NCBI GenBank assembly: GCA_963662275.1
Contig: OY759316.1
Span: 576,001-640,000, forward strand
DNA length: 64,000 nt
Reading direction: 5' to 3'
From: Candidatus Cloacimonadales bacterium
GTDB lineage: Bacteria; Cloacimonadota; Cloacimonadia; Cloacimonadales; DAONDQ01
Shown here: one piece after another, positions 10,895 through 21,138 of the stretch
How positions within the stretch are numbered: position 1 is the first letter of the stretch
Layout: every line of letters begins with the position of its first letter
Position numbers and translations under genes: made by a program
The notes under the pieces: model-generated
What the model was told of the DNA's origin: nothing
The model's database searches: none
Seen by the model: the letters and a program-made list of their open reading frames with translations, nothing else

Positions 10895-11914
10895 TCACTG
10901 TTTGAAGGTTTTGAATAGATCTAAACCTAGTACTTGATTGCCTAGAGTATTAAAATGTCCACCAGTGATAAAATAACGTCCATCATAACTAATAGAACCA
11001 TCATATCCAAAATTAATTCCTGCTTTTCGGCAATCAACGTCAATTATTTTATTCCATTTATCGCTCATTATTGATAAGCACAAAAACCTATCACCATATT
11101 GTCTATGCATTTCATGAAGATTTGATAACAATATGAGATATGCCTCTTGATTAAATTCAAGAGATGAATAAGGACGATAATAGATTTTTTCTGCTTTTGT
11201 TGAACCTTTAACGATACCCGGTTTTCGGAAACTGACTCTTACCAGATTTACTAAAGATGATTTATTACAGATCAACTTCACAATATCGAATTTCCAGTCA
11301 TGAGTTTCCTGATCAAAATTATCTGGTAATACGTATGATTCAGACTTAGCATTTAGCATATTTGTTACGGTTCCATCATTAATAATTAAGATAACATAAT
11401 CAGGTTTAATTTTTTTTGACCAATGAATCAATCGGCACCATCCCTCAAATGGTATTTGTCCACCAAGACCGATATTGATAACTTGAAAATCTTTAGATAT
11501 ATGCTTACTTAATAATTCTTGGAATACCGATGTGGACATCTCCTTTGGAGCTGTGGCTCTTGCTTCAACATATGAGTTGCCCATAACATAAATGTACTTG
11601 GAATTATCGTTTATAACTACATCTGTTCCCTGAAGCCCAAGATTGTTTTTCCTATAGACATGATATCCACCTTCCAATGAATAATAACTCGCATGAGGTA
11701 AAAACTCGTTTTCGTAAAGAGGAGCATTGGGAGTTTTATCATTCGGATAGATATGATATGATTTTCCAAACCCTAAAGTCGGGAAGTGTGTTACTACTCT
11801 TACTAAAAATTCAACACATACAAATGAAATGGCGGTAATGATAATATATAGAAGTGCTATTTTGAGTTTCGAAGTCAACATACAAAACTTCCTAGTATAT
11901 AAATATACATACAT
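10895..11914 (-). CDS. SGNH/GDSL-family protein (acyltransferase/esterase partner)
   Basis: N-terminal TM, NNLG, VMGNSYVE, VINIGLGG, KPDYVILIIND, GGHFN. Confidence 0.75.
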   Translation of the reverse strand: MYVYLYTRKFCMLTSKLKIALLYIIITAISFVCVEFLVRVVTHFPTLGFGKSYHIYPNDKTPNAPLYENEFLPHASYYSLEGGYHVYRKNNLGLQGTDVVINDNSKYIYVMGNSYVEARATAPKEMSTSVFQELLSKHISKDFQVINIGLGGQIPFEGWCRLIHWSKKIKPDYVILIINDGTVTNMLNAKSESYVLPDNFDQETHDWKFDIVKLICNKSSLVNLVRVSFRKPGIVKGSTKAEKIYYRPYSSLEFNQEAYLILLSNLHEMHRQYGDRFLCLSIMSDKWNKIIDVDCRKAGINFGYDGSISYDGRYFITGGHFNTLGNQVLGLDLFKTFKQ

Positions 11915-11918
11915 CTAA

Positions 11919-13067
11919 TTACCTCAACCACCAAGTTCCAACGGTGACGAAAACAAAAGTAATAACAACACTCACATACTGAAACCATACTGCTTCAGCA
12001 GCTTTTGAGAGAGAACGATGTTGACGTTTGAATTGGCTCCATAATCTCCAGATAGCAATTCCTACTCCATGCCAGATACCCCATATTACAAAATGCCAAG
12101 CTGCACCATGCCACAGACCGCATATTCCCATTGCTATGATGGGTGTACATACAAACATCCAGAATTTGCTTGTGCTTTTTTGTGATAGAGGAACAAAAAT
12201 ATAATCTCTTATCCAATCAGACAAGGATATGTGCCAACGTCTCCAGAACTGACTGATATTCGGAGCAAAAAAAGGGTTATCGAAATTTTCCATGATTGTC
12301 AAACCATACAATTTGGATGAACCAATGGCAATATCGCTATAACCTGAAAAATCAAAATAGACTTGCAGGGAAAAACCAAACAAAGCTGCTATTTGAATTA
12401 AAGATGAATAATGTTCCGGTCCTCTGAAAACCGGATTGATAAGATATCCTAACCAATCTGCCAATACATATTTCTTGATTAAACCATAAACGATTCTTTC
12501 AAAACCTACACTGATAAAAGCGGTTTGAAATTGAATACGTCGACTTTCTAACTGTGGTTTTAGGCGAACGAATTGCTCAATTGGACCAGCAATAAAAATT
12601 GTATAAAGAGAACCATAGCAAAGAAAATCCAGAAATTTACCCTTTTGAATGATCTCCCATTTTATATCAGTTAAATAGCTAATATATTTGAAAACAATAT
12701 AGGATATACCCAAAGGTAGAAACAGCTTATCTATTTGAAATATGGGTAGGATATGAATAAAACTCATCAAACTATTTATGATACCGCTTAGGAATCCAAG
12801 ATACTTAAAAATAAGAAGAACAAGTATCAGACCGATAATACCCATTGTGTGGACGTAATGTTTACGGATTTTTTCCATCAAGATAGCTATCCCATAGGTA
12901 TATAAGGTTAATCCGATGACTACCAATACCGCATTAGGATCAAGGTATCCGATAAAAATGAAGCTAATCAATGTTAAGAATGTATTACGCCACTTTTGAT
13001 TGGGAATTAACCAATAAAGTAAAACTGTAATGATTACAAATGGGAAAAAGAGAACCTTACCCAACAT
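11919..13067 (-). CDS. Short MBOAT O-acyltransferase (DltB-like length, no fused tail)
   Basis: LPLGISY, DFSGYSD, FWRRWHISLS, GLWHGA; ends TWWLR; start probably ATG 13067. Confidence 0.9.
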   Translation of the reverse strand: MLGKVLFFPFVIITVLLYWLIPNQKWRNTFLTLISFIFIGYLDPNAVLVVIGLTLYTYGIAILMEKIRKHYVHTMGIIGLILVLLIFKYLGFLSGIINSLMSFIHILPIFQIDKLFLPLGISYIVFKYISYLTDIKWEIIQKGKFLDFLCYGSLYTIFIAGPIEQFVRLKPQLESRRIQFQTAFISVGFERIVYGLIKKYVLADWLGYLINPVFRGPEHYSSLIQIAALFGFSLQVYFDFSGYSDIAIGSSKLYGLTIMENFDNPFFAPNISQFWRRWHISLSDWIRDYIFVPLSQKSTSKFWMFVCTPIIAMGICGLWHGAAWHFVIWGIWHGVGIAIWRLWSQFKRQHRSLSKAAEAVWFQYVSVVITFVFVTVGTWWLR

Positions 13068-13114
13068 AATAAGTTTCTCCAAGATCTATAATCTGGTTGA
13101 TGCTATGATAATGA

Positions 13115-13273
13115 TTAGAAATTTGCATAGAAAAACGGATTGCTTGTTGTTACAATTATATGGTTAAAAGCAATAGAAGCAATAGCCAAAATAAAGAGAA
13201 AGCTTAAAATGAAATACTTGAGTAATGAAGCCAATAGTGGCTTTGTCTCGCTTAACTTTGAAAATAATTTCAT
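13115..13273 (-). CDS. 52-aa DltX-like single-TM acyl-shuttle peptide (absent from ORF track)
   Basis: MKLFSKLSETKPLLASLLKYFILSFLFILAIASIAFNHIIVTTSNPFFYANF*; purine-rich RBS; lies between ACP and tail-less MBOAT. Confidence 0.8.
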   Translation of the reverse strand: MKLFSKLSETKPLLASLLKYFILSFLFILAIASIAFNHIIVTTSNPFFYANF

Positions 13274-13334
13274 CTTCAACCTTCCCTTTTGTTAGCATAT
13301 GGGATACAATTGCATATATCATAAAATGAATAGA

Positions 13335-13583
13335 TTAATCCTCAAATTTATCCATCCCGATTAGATTCATTAAATCACCAATCGTACCAACTTCATTCAG
13401 TTTTTTTGCTATAATATTGATTCCAAATCTTTTACTGATAAAAGATACGAGTGACACAACCGATAAGGAATCATAACCTTCGATGCTTGCTAGTTTGGTA
13501 TTAACAGTTATTTTGGGCGCGTCAGGATCTGAAGAATCAGCAAATTCATTTAACAACTCTTCGATAAATCGGTCTTTTTTCAT
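13335..13583 (-). CDS. Acyl carrier protein
   Basis: YDSL motif; start ATG 13583 after AGGAGA. Confidence 0.85.
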   Translation of the reverse strand: MKKDRFIEELLNEFADSSDPDAPKITVNTKLASIEGYDSLSVVSLVSFISKRFGINIIAKKLNEVGTIGDLMNLIGMDKFED

Positions 13584-13597
13584 GTCTTCTCCTTTAG

Positions 13598-14902
13598 TCA
13601 ATTCTGAAAATTAATCTGTCTGAATTTTCTTTGCATTTTACTCATAAATGGTTGAATGCTTGAGGCAGCCAATACGATGAGGAAGCAATCAAGCACAATT
13701 CTATAACGCTCAAGGGTATAAGGGATAAATAGCACATGTATTATGGTATGCCAAATGAAGATACACAGCAGAAAAACAAATATCTGATTATCTTTTGTTT
13801 TCAGTTTTAACATTCCATAGAAAAAAAAAGGTATGAGCATACCATACATCAATCCAGAAACAAGATTGTGTTTTAGAGACCATTTACCATCCCAGAGATA
13901 ACCATCTAATTTATACCCTTCGTGGAAATCTACTGGAGCCCATAACTCTAGAAACCGCGACCATAACTTCTCACCAGTTGAGAATTTATGGGGCAATAAA
14001 CCTCTTCGAATGGCTGCCGCGAATTCAGGTCGAATTTCTCCATCAATCAGATGTGCAGTATAACCATTTCTAACGGAGTCAATTTGTGTTGGTGTTAATT
14101 CCCATGCCCAATCATTATTCGCATAATACTCCTGGTATGGGTATCCGAAAAGTTTGTCAGTAATGGGTGCTGTTCTGACTGAAAGAATCACAATTTTATG
14201 GTAAACATGATAATTACGTATTAACCAGGGAACCATACACATGAATACAATTAAGGAAAAGATCAAAGCAGATTGTAATTTTTTGATAATGCTATCTGTA
14301 TTAAGCATAAATAATGCTACAAATAGGAGAGGAATATAGGCAAAAAATCTCTCATCAATATGGATCAAGAGAGAATAAGAGAGTGAACACAGAAGTAGGG
14401 GAATCCATTTCCTAGAGACTTTTCTAAAACGTAAAACACAAAATATGGTCGATAAAAATAAAAAATGAATCCAAATCTCTTTTCCTGAAGTTACGATGAA
14501 TCGAAGATAGAAATAATAAACAGAACTCCATATTAAAGCCATAAGTCCAATGGTTTCATTAAACAACTCTTTCCCTAAGTAATAGATCAGGATACATAAT
14601 CCCGTACTTAATAGTGTATTAAATAAGAAAATAACCAACCAGGATTTTCCCAATAGCGTAAAAAGAATTGCTAAAATCCAACCCATCCCAGGTCCAACTA
14701 CTTTTGCCACTGAATTCATCGATGTAATATCCGGTAAGAAAAATCCCTGTGTCATAACACTTTCAGCAAGACTGTAGTACGCTAAATCATCAGCGAAACC
14801 TTCATAGACTTTTGTATAGTAACCATATAATGCCAAGATCAAACGTATTATGAAAGCAACTGATATGATATAAAATAAAAGGCTAGTATTAGTAATTTTC
14901 AT
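13598..14902 (-). CDS. GT-C fold (ArnT/PMT, GT39/83-like) lipid-donor glycosyltransferase
   Basis: Multi-TM; DD..Y..LA first loop; PWLIRNY; ERY near C-terminus. Confidence 0.75.
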   Translation of the reverse strand: MKITNTSLLFYIISVAFIIRLILALYGYYTKVYEGFADDLAYYSLAESVMTQGFFLPDITSMNSVAKVVGPGMGWILAILFTLLGKSWLVIFLFNTLLSTGLCILIYYLGKELFNETIGLMALIWSSVYYFYLRFIVTSGKEIWIHFLFLSTIFCVLRFRKVSRKWIPLLLCSLSYSLLIHIDERFFAYIPLLFVALFMLNTDSIIKKLQSALIFSLIVFMCMVPWLIRNYHVYHKIVILSVRTAPITDKLFGYPYQEYYANNDWAWELTPTQIDSVRNGYTAHLIDGEIRPEFAAAIRRGLLPHKFSTGEKLWSRFLELWAPVDFHEGYKLDGYLWDGKWSLKHNLVSGLMYGMLIPFFFYGMLKLKTKDNQIFVFLLCIFIWHTIIHVLFIPYTLERYRIVLDCFLIVLAASSIQPFMSKMQRKFRQINFQN

Positions 14903-14911
14903 TCAATTTTC

Positions 14912-15295
14912 TCAGCTTCGTGTTACAAGGAAAACGCCAATTACTATGACAAAAACACCAAAAATTCGATAAGTATTCACATTTTCATGAAAAAGTAAAG
15001 CACCAAATAGAAGAACCAGAACATATGAAAGACTCATTATTGGAGCAGCTTTACTGATATCAACAGATGTCAGGATATATAAATATATCGACATCGATAA
15101 AACATAGCAGAATACTCCTGTAATCAATTGCCAGTTCGTTAAAATATTTTTAAATACAAAATCTAAAGATATTAGTTTCAAACTTAAGTCGAGTCTCTGG
15201 GAGGCATATTTCATTAATACTTGTCCAAGTACTCCAACAGCTAAACAAATAATGAAAATCAATACCATCTGCAACCTAAGCTTATCTTCGTTCAT
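14912..15295 (-). CDS. EamA/SMR-type transporter (ArnE/F-like flippase)
   Basis: 127 aa, 4 TM, GQVLMK, DISKAAP, FHE....RIFG. Confidence 0.75.
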   Translation of the reverse strand: MNEDKLRLQMVLIFIICLAVGVLGQVLMKYASQRLDLSLKLISLDFVFKNILTNWQLITGVFCYVLSMSIYLYILTSVDISKAAPIMSLSYVLVLLFGALLFHENVNTYRIFGVFVIVIGVFLVTRS

Positions 15296-15644
15296 TCTTT
15301 TTTTTCTGTTGTCTTATCATCCCGTCATTAACAGCTAAGAAGGATATTACTTCTTGCAACCTATCGGAAACTTCACAGAGCTTGATCGACAGATGTAAGA
15401 TATAAATAAGGAGGAAGAATATGACACCAACAACGACGATTCCTGAAGCATCTGCAGATCCAATTAAAACAGAAACAGCCTTTATCTGACTTTCAAAGAT
15501 GACCAGGCAGAACATAGCTAAACTGATAATGAGCCAAAGCACGGAATAAAATGGTTTGATAGAGCGTTTTCTAACTAGTAAGATAAAAACAAATAGGAAA
15601 AATAACGCTGATATCAGGGCTAAAATTCTAAGCGTTAATGTCAT
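15282..15644 (-). CDS. DUF2304-like membrane protein
   Basis: 3 TM, VRKRSIK..YSVLW, typical position after a DPM-like GT2. Confidence 0.7.
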   Translation of the reverse strand: MTLTLRILALISALFFLFVFILLVRKRSIKPFYSVLWLIISLAMFCLVIFESQIKAVSVLIGSADASGIVVVGVIFFLLIYILHLSIKLCEVSDRLQEVISFLAVNDGMIRQQKKKNERR

Positions 15645-15645
15645 A

Positions 15646-16362
15646 TTATGAACCTCTGATTTGATCTTTTTGTAATCTTGTACCGATTATCGATATAATT
15701 CCGTAAATGATGAATTTAACGCTATTCATGAAATTGAAAACAGATTTCCCCGAAGTACGTGGATTCATCACGACCGGTACTTCCTTCATCCTCAATTTGG
15801 CATATGCTGCAATCATCAGCATCTGTGCACAATGCTCATATTCATGTTTATGCTGATTTGCAAAAAAGTGAATTGCTTTTTTATTATATGCTCTGAATCC
15901 TGAAGTAATATCTGTGATGCGTTGTCCTGTAAACCAAGTAACAATATCAGAGAATATGGTAATTCCAAGTCTTCGAAATTTGTATGATTGAAATCCTTCA
16001 TTTGTAATGAATCTTGATCCAATCGCAATATCAGCGTTTCCATCCAAGACAGGTTGTAGTAGGTCATGCAGACAAGAAGCATTATGCTGATTATCTCCAT
16101 CAAGATTGCAGTAAATGTCATAATCATTGAGATAAGCGTAAAGAAAACTGGTTTTAATTACACCGGAAACCCCACCCGTATTAACTGCGTGACGCAAATA
16201 CTCTTCTCCACTTTTTTTTATTAGCTCATAACTTCTATCAACGGACGAGTTATCTATTATCAACAGATCTGCGTCTATTTTGGCATGATTACGAAAGTCA
16301 GCAATTGTATCTAGGATTGCTCCTTCCTCATTGTAGCATGAAATAACGGTTAAAATTTTCAC
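15646..16362 (-). CDS. GT2 polyprenyl-phosphate glycosyltransferase (DPM1/ArnC-like)
   Basis: YNEE, IDNSSVD, DGDNQH, IGSRF, TDITSGFRAY. Confidence 0.88.
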   Translation of the reverse strand: MKILTVISCYNEEGAILDTIADFRNHAKIDADLLIIDNSSVDRSYELIKKSGEEYLRHAVNTGGVSGVIKTSFLYAYLNDYDIYCNLDGDNQHNASCLHDLLQPVLDGNADIAIGSRFITNEGFQSYKFRRLGITIFSDIVTWFTGQRITDITSGFRAYNKKAIHFFANQHKHEYEHCAQMLMIAAYAKLRMKEVPVVMNPRTSGKSVFNFMNSVKFIIYGIISIIGTRLQKDQIRGS

Positions 16363-16400
16363 TATTTGCTCCAGTGCAAGTTAAACGAAGTAATTCTCTA

Positions 16401-16961
16401 TTAGTCTTGAATTAAGGGATGATTCTGGTTGAAATTAAACAATGACATGAGAAGTACATCATGATAGCAGGAATTATGATAATGCTGTGCTTTTAATGTT
16501 CCTTCCAGGATAAATCCATTCTTTTCAAAAACTCTTCTCGAAGCAGTGTTATCAGAAGTAATAAAGCATGTAAGCTTATTCAGATTTAAATTCCCAAATG
16601 AAAAATCAATCAGCAATTGCAATATCTCTGTTCCGATTCCTTTGCCATGAGTTTCATGTTCTCCAATGACTATCAAAGGATTTGCATTCCGGTTCACATA
16701 ATTGATATTCGTTAGTCCCGTGAAACCCAAAAGACGAGATGTTTCATTATCGATCACAGAAAAATAGATATTTTTATTACTTGTAGAACTAACTACTGAA
16801 TTCATCCAGTCTTCTTCCTGCTGTATTGTAACAGGATATGGATGCATCATGGCTGAGTACTTATAATTTGCATTATTATGCCATTCATTAATTAAATCCA
16901 GATCTTCGCTCTTCATCTGCCTAAAAGAAATATGCTCTCCATTCAGTAGATATTTGCTCAC
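16401..16961 (-). CDS. RimJ/RimL-type GNAT N-acyltransferase
   Basis: HGKGIG, N.AS.RVFEKNGFILEG. Confidence 0.85.
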   Translation of the reverse strand: MSKYLLNGEHISFRQMKSEDLDLINEWHNNANYKYSAMMHPYPVTIQQEEDWMNSVVSSTSNKNIYFSVIDNETSRLLGFTGLTNINYVNRNANPLIVIGEHETHGKGIGTEILQLLIDFSFGNLNLNKLTCFITSDNTASRRVFEKNGFILEGTLKAQHYHNSCYHDVLLMSLFNFNQNHPLIQD

Positions 16962-16984
16962 TAATAGGCTCCTTTTAAAAAAAA

Positions 16985-18172
16985 CTAATCACTCAAAATA
17001 TACTGTGATATATAATGGGTGATGCTATTTGATTGTATTTCCAATTTCTCACGCTTATCGCTACTGATTATAAAATATCCATATCTGTCAAGACTATTCT
17101 TCACTATCCAAGTCATGCTGTTGACCATTAAATCGCACGTAAATTCTTCAATACAAGGAAACTTCTGCTTCAACTCTTGTTCATTTGGAAGATGTTTTAT
17201 CATCTGGTTTGTGGGTAAATTAAGATAAGTTATCATCGAGGCTTTATTCTCAATAGAATATTGGGGTTGATCACCAATAGCTATTAAGATGACTTGCTTT
17301 TCCATATTCACGGTTGTTGATAACGGAACGAGACGAGAAGTAATATAATCTCCTCCCAGCCTTGGACCAATCTCAATAATCGTAATTTTACCATCATGTA
17401 TTTTCAATTCAGCATGAATTGCAGTATTATTTAAACCAGCCTGTGTTAAAACTTTCTGCAACAGAACGTGGAGTGAGAGTTTGAAGTCCATTGTGTACTT
17501 TGATGGTTGAATATGTCCTAATTCGACATTATACGGAGGGGGAGTAACGATTTTATCGGTTATCTGTATCAGTGTTAGCACATTCTTGTATATAAATGCT
17601 TCTACACTGATTTCATCTCCTTCCAGATATCCTTCCATAATAAACTCATCAATAGTAGAATATCGCAAGGTTTCTTCAACAGATTTCAAAAGAAAATCAT
17701 ATGAATCACATTTTATAACCCCTCGACTTCCGGAATTTCGAAGTGGTTTAATAATGACTGGGAATGCTATCTCATCTTCCCTGGGAATAGTATTTATATG
17801 ATAAACTCCTCCCTGGGCATGCCGAAATGAATTAGCTTTTAAAAATTCTTTGAATTTACCTTTATTAAGAACTAATTCAACGCTTTCATAAGAAGGAAAT
17901 ACTAAATTCATTGCTTTTGCAATACGCGCCATCATTGAGATCGGATGATCTGTCGCAGCCGTTACAACACCCGAAATATTATGTTTTTGTGCAAGTTGAA
18001 GCGTATATTCATAGTCATTTCCAGCTACCACGTAGAAATAGTCAGCAATGGTATTGGCTTCTGCATTAGGATTCGGATCAATGACAACCGATTCAAAACC
18101 CATCTCTTTTGCCGTTTGTATGATCGAAATTTGGAGACCACCTCCTCCAAAAATCATGATGGCTTTATTCAC
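16985..18172 (-). CDS. ATP-grasp ligase
   Basis: FGGGGLQ, FPVIIKP.RNSGSRGV, EISVE, IEIGPRLGGD. Confidence 0.85.
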   Translation of the reverse strand: MNKAIMIFGGGGLQISIIQTAKEMGFESVVIDPNPNAEANTIADYFYVVAGNDYEYTLQLAQKHNISGVVTAATDHPISMMARIAKAMNLVFPSYESVELVLNKGKFKEFLKANSFRHAQGGVYHINTIPREDEIAFPVIIKPLRNSGSRGVIKCDSYDFLLKSVEETLRYSTIDEFIMEGYLEGDEISVEAFIYKNVLTLIQITDKIVTPPPYNVELGHIQPSKYTMDFKLSLHVLLQKVLTQAGLNNTAIHAELKIHDGKITIIEIGPRLGGDYITSRLVPLSTTVNMEKQVILIAIGDQPQYSIENKASMITYLNLPTNQMIKHLPNEQELKQKFPCIEEFTCDLMVNSMTWIVKNSLDRYGYFIISSDKREKLEIQSNSITHYISQYILSD

Positions 18173-19305
18173 ATCTGTTCCAAAATTAATGCAAGTTCTG
18201 AGACTATTAGATCAATCTGTTGTATCGTTAATCCTGAATAGATTGGAAGCGTAATTTCGTGGTCAGTGGCAAAATCGGTTTCAGGTAAATCGGCATGATA
18301 GTTTTTATATATTGAGAATCTATGTGCCGCTGGATAATGTATGCTTGTTTGAATTCCTATTGTATGTAACTTGTCACGCACTCTATCACGATACTCATAA
18401 TCACCATTATTTAAGATAATGGGGAATATGTAATTAGAACAGAATTCCTGATGATCTTTAAAGGGAATAGTAATATTAGGAATTGTACTCAGCTTTTCCA
18501 GATAATACTTACGGAGTATCATTCTTTTTTGTAGATCAACGTATAATTTGCGAAGTTGAACGATGGCAATGGATGCTCGGATATCATCCATCCGATAATT
18601 ATAGCCTAAAGCTACAACATCATAGGAAGTCGAATGTCCGGAAGCTCGTTCATATGACATGGAAGTCATTCCATGAGAGCGGAGCAATTTGATTTTGGCA
18701 GCATACTCATCGTTATTTGTAATGATCATACCGCCTTCACCTGTAGAAATATTCTTATTGGAAAAAAAACTGAAACAACCTAAATCTCCAATTGTTCCTA
18801 ATTTTTGATGATGATATTCGGAAAGAGGTCCATGACAGGCATCTTCAATTACCTTTAAATTATGTTTTTCAGCAATTGCCATAATTTCATCCATCTTGCA
18901 GGGGAAACCAGCAAAATGCATGACAGCAATGGCTTTTGTACGAGGAGTAATCTTCTTTTCGATATCAACGGGATCTATCGTTAAGTCATCTTTCGAAATA
19001 ATATCACAAAAAACGGGAGTTGCCCTGACATAAAGTATAGAATTCACGGTAGCTACAAATGTCATGGCAGGAACAAGAACCTCATCCCCGTCTCCAATGC
19101 CTGCAACTTCAAATGCCAAATGCAATGCCACCGTACAGTTTGTTAAGGCAATTGCATGCTTGACTCCAAGCATGGATGCAAACATGTTTTCCAGTTCAAT
19201 ATTCTTTGGACCTGTCGAAATCCACTTGGAATGTATTGTCTCTAAGGCAGCTTTTTCTTCTTCATGGTCAAAATTCAAATCAAAAAGTGGTATATTATAA
19301 CTCAT
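18169..19305 (-). CDS. DegT/DnrJ/EryC1/StrS sugar aminotransferase
   Basis: NCTVALH, IEDACH, FSFFSNKNISTGEGG, GYNYRM. Confidence 0.93.
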   Translation of the reverse strand: MSYNIPLFDLNFDHEEEKAALETIHSKWISTGPKNIELENMFASMLGVKHAIALTNCTVALHLAFEVAGIGDGDEVLVPAMTFVATVNSILYVRATPVFCDIISKDDLTIDPVDIEKKITPRTKAIAVMHFAGFPCKMDEIMAIAEKHNLKVIEDACHGPLSEYHHQKLGTIGDLGCFSFFSNKNISTGEGGMIITNNDEYAAKIKLLRSHGMTSMSYERASGHSTSYDVVALGYNYRMDDIRASIAIVQLRKLYVDLQKRMILRKYYLEKLSTIPNITIPFKDHQEFCSNYIFPIILNNGDYEYRDRVRDKLHTIGIQTSIHYPAAHRFSIYKNYHADLPETDFATDHEITLPIYSGLTIQQIDLIVSELALILEQM

Positions 19306-19320
19306 ACTTAATCCTGGGTT

Positions 19321-20292
19321 CTAAACATTATAAATGTCAGTTTTATAAAGAGAGAGGTTCTCGTTTAAGAATTCAATCGTTTCACGAATACCGGAATCAA
19401 GATTATATGAAGGTTTCCAATCCGTATTCTCCATAATTTTCTGATTTGCACAATATAAACGTTCAACCTCGCTTTTACCAGGTCTTATCCGTTCATCATC
19501 CGTCTTTATCTCTATAGGAATTTGTAATAAATTACTTATCTTTTTTACCAAATCACCAATGGAGATTTCTTCACACATTCCAATATTTGTCACTTCTCCA
19601 AATAAACGATCTGATTGAAGAATAGAGATAAAGCCTCGAACTGTATCTTTTACAAATGTCAAGTCTCTTGTGGGATGCAAATTACCTAGATTGAGTTCTG
19701 TCTTACCGCTGAGTATTTGAGTAATGACAGTAGGAATTATCGCACGTGCTGATTGCCTCGGTCCATAAGTATTAAATGGTCTGACTATTTTTACCGGCAA
19801 GCCAAATGAACGGTAATAACTGATTGCCATTTGATCTGCTGCAATTTTAGATGCAGAATAGGGTGATTGACCAACAAGCGGGTGATTCTCATCAATGGGA
19901 ACATATTGAGCGGTTCCATATGTTTCACTTGTCGAAGTGACAAGAATGTTTTCCAAACTTCGTACTCTTGCGGTTTGAAGAACATTGTATGTACCTTCAA
20001 TATTGGTACGAATATAAGCTAAGGGCGAAACATAAGAATACGGAATACCGATGAGAGCAGCTAAATGAAGAACAGTGGAACATCCATCCATCGCATCATA
20101 TACAGAATCATAGTCGCGTATATCTCCGGTTACGATTTCCATATCGTTCTTGTACTTTGAATTTTCCAACCAACCCCAAAAATTCTTGGAGTTGTAATGG
20201 ACAAATGCTTTTACTTCATAACCCAACTCAACACAATATTCTGCCAAATGTGAACCAATAAAACCGCCTGCTCCAGTGATCAGTAATTTCAT
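19321..20292 (-). CDS. NDP-sugar 4,6-dehydratase (LegB-like)
   Basis: TGAGGFIGSH, LAALIGIPYSY, STSETYG, YSASK, RPFNTYGPRQS. Confidence 0.88.
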   Translation of the reverse strand: MKLLITGAGGFIGSHLAEYCVELGYEVKAFVHYNSKNFWGWLENSKYKNDMEIVTGDIRDYDSVYDAMDGCSTVLHLAALIGIPYSYVSPLAYIRTNIEGTYNVLQTARVRSLENILVTSTSETYGTAQYVPIDENHPLVGQSPYSASKIAADQMAISYYRSFGLPVKIVRPFNTYGPRQSARAIIPTVITQILSGKTELNLGNLHPTRDLTFVKDTVRGFISILQSDRLFGEVTNIGMCEEISIGDLVKKISNLLQIPIEIKTDDERIRPGKSEVERLYCANQKIMENTDWKPSYNLDSGIRETIEFLNENLSLYKTDIYNV

Positions 20293-20418
20293 CTTATTTC
20301 CTTATCTACTTTTTTTATTTGTGTTGCATGATTAACCTTCAAATCACGAAACTCTATCCTGATAAGATTTGTAAAAAATCCTGATATTTGGGTTTATTTC
20401 TCAGTAATTTATTGGTTA

Positions 20419-21117
20419 TCAATTCCCTGAAAAATGCTCCTGATAGACTTCTTGTGCTTTTTCGTAATCGTTAATACGACCAATATCGAGCCAATATTCT
20501 TTCAAATCAAATTTCGAAACAGGAATTTTATCATGCAGAAGGTTCTTAATCAGGCTATCCATACCAAAATAGGTATCGTCTGGTATATAGTCAAATATCT
20601 GGGGAGTCATCACATAGATGCCAGCAAGAAGATAGAGGACGATATCTGGCTTTTCCTGGATATCTGTAACATAGTCTCCATCAAAAAAGATATTTCCAAA
20701 GGCAAATGGTGTTATATCTTTCTTGACTGTGATCGTTAAAACTGTTTGTTTTTGTTTAGCAAAATCGTACAAATTTGAGAAATTGAGCAAAGTTAAAATA
20801 TCACCGTTCATAACGAGGAATGGCTCCGTAAGTTCCTTCTTCAAAAGCGTCAGGGGACCAGCAGTACCGAGAGGTTTTTCTTCTCGGCTGATACTAAGTT
20901 TCACACCATAGCGTGTACCATCACCGAAGAAATTTTCTATATAATTTGATTTATAATTCGTTGCTAAGAATATTTCATCAAAGCCGTGCTTTTTGAGATG
21001 CTCGATTTGAATCTCCATGACAGCTTTTTCCCCAATTGGCAATAAGGGTTTGGGAATCACTTCCGTAAATGGTTTAAGTCTCGTGCCTAAACCTCCAGCT
21101 AGAATCACTGCTTTCAT
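20419..21117 (-). CDS. Sugar-phosphate nucleotidyltransferase
   Basis: ILAGGLGTRLKP, PKPL, LGTAG, NGD, WLDIG. Confidence 0.92.
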   Translation of the reverse strand: MKAVILAGGLGTRLKPFTEVIPKPLLPIGEKAVMEIQIEHLKKHGFDEIFLATNYKSNYIENFFGDGTRYGVKLSISREEKPLGTAGPLTLLKKELTEPFLVMNGDILTLLNFSNLYDFAKQKQTVLTITVKKDITPFAFGNIFFDGDYVTDIQEKPDIVLYLLAGIYVMTPQIFDYIPDDTYFGMDSLIKNLLHDKIPVSKFDLKEYWLDIGRINDYEKAQEVYQEHFSGN

Positions 21118-21138
21118 GAATTCACCTTTCTCGATATT

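Noticed and set aside
18169..21117. Legionaminic acid biosynthesis cluster
   Set aside because: Synthase, hydrolysing epimerase and CMP-transferase genes are absent from the window
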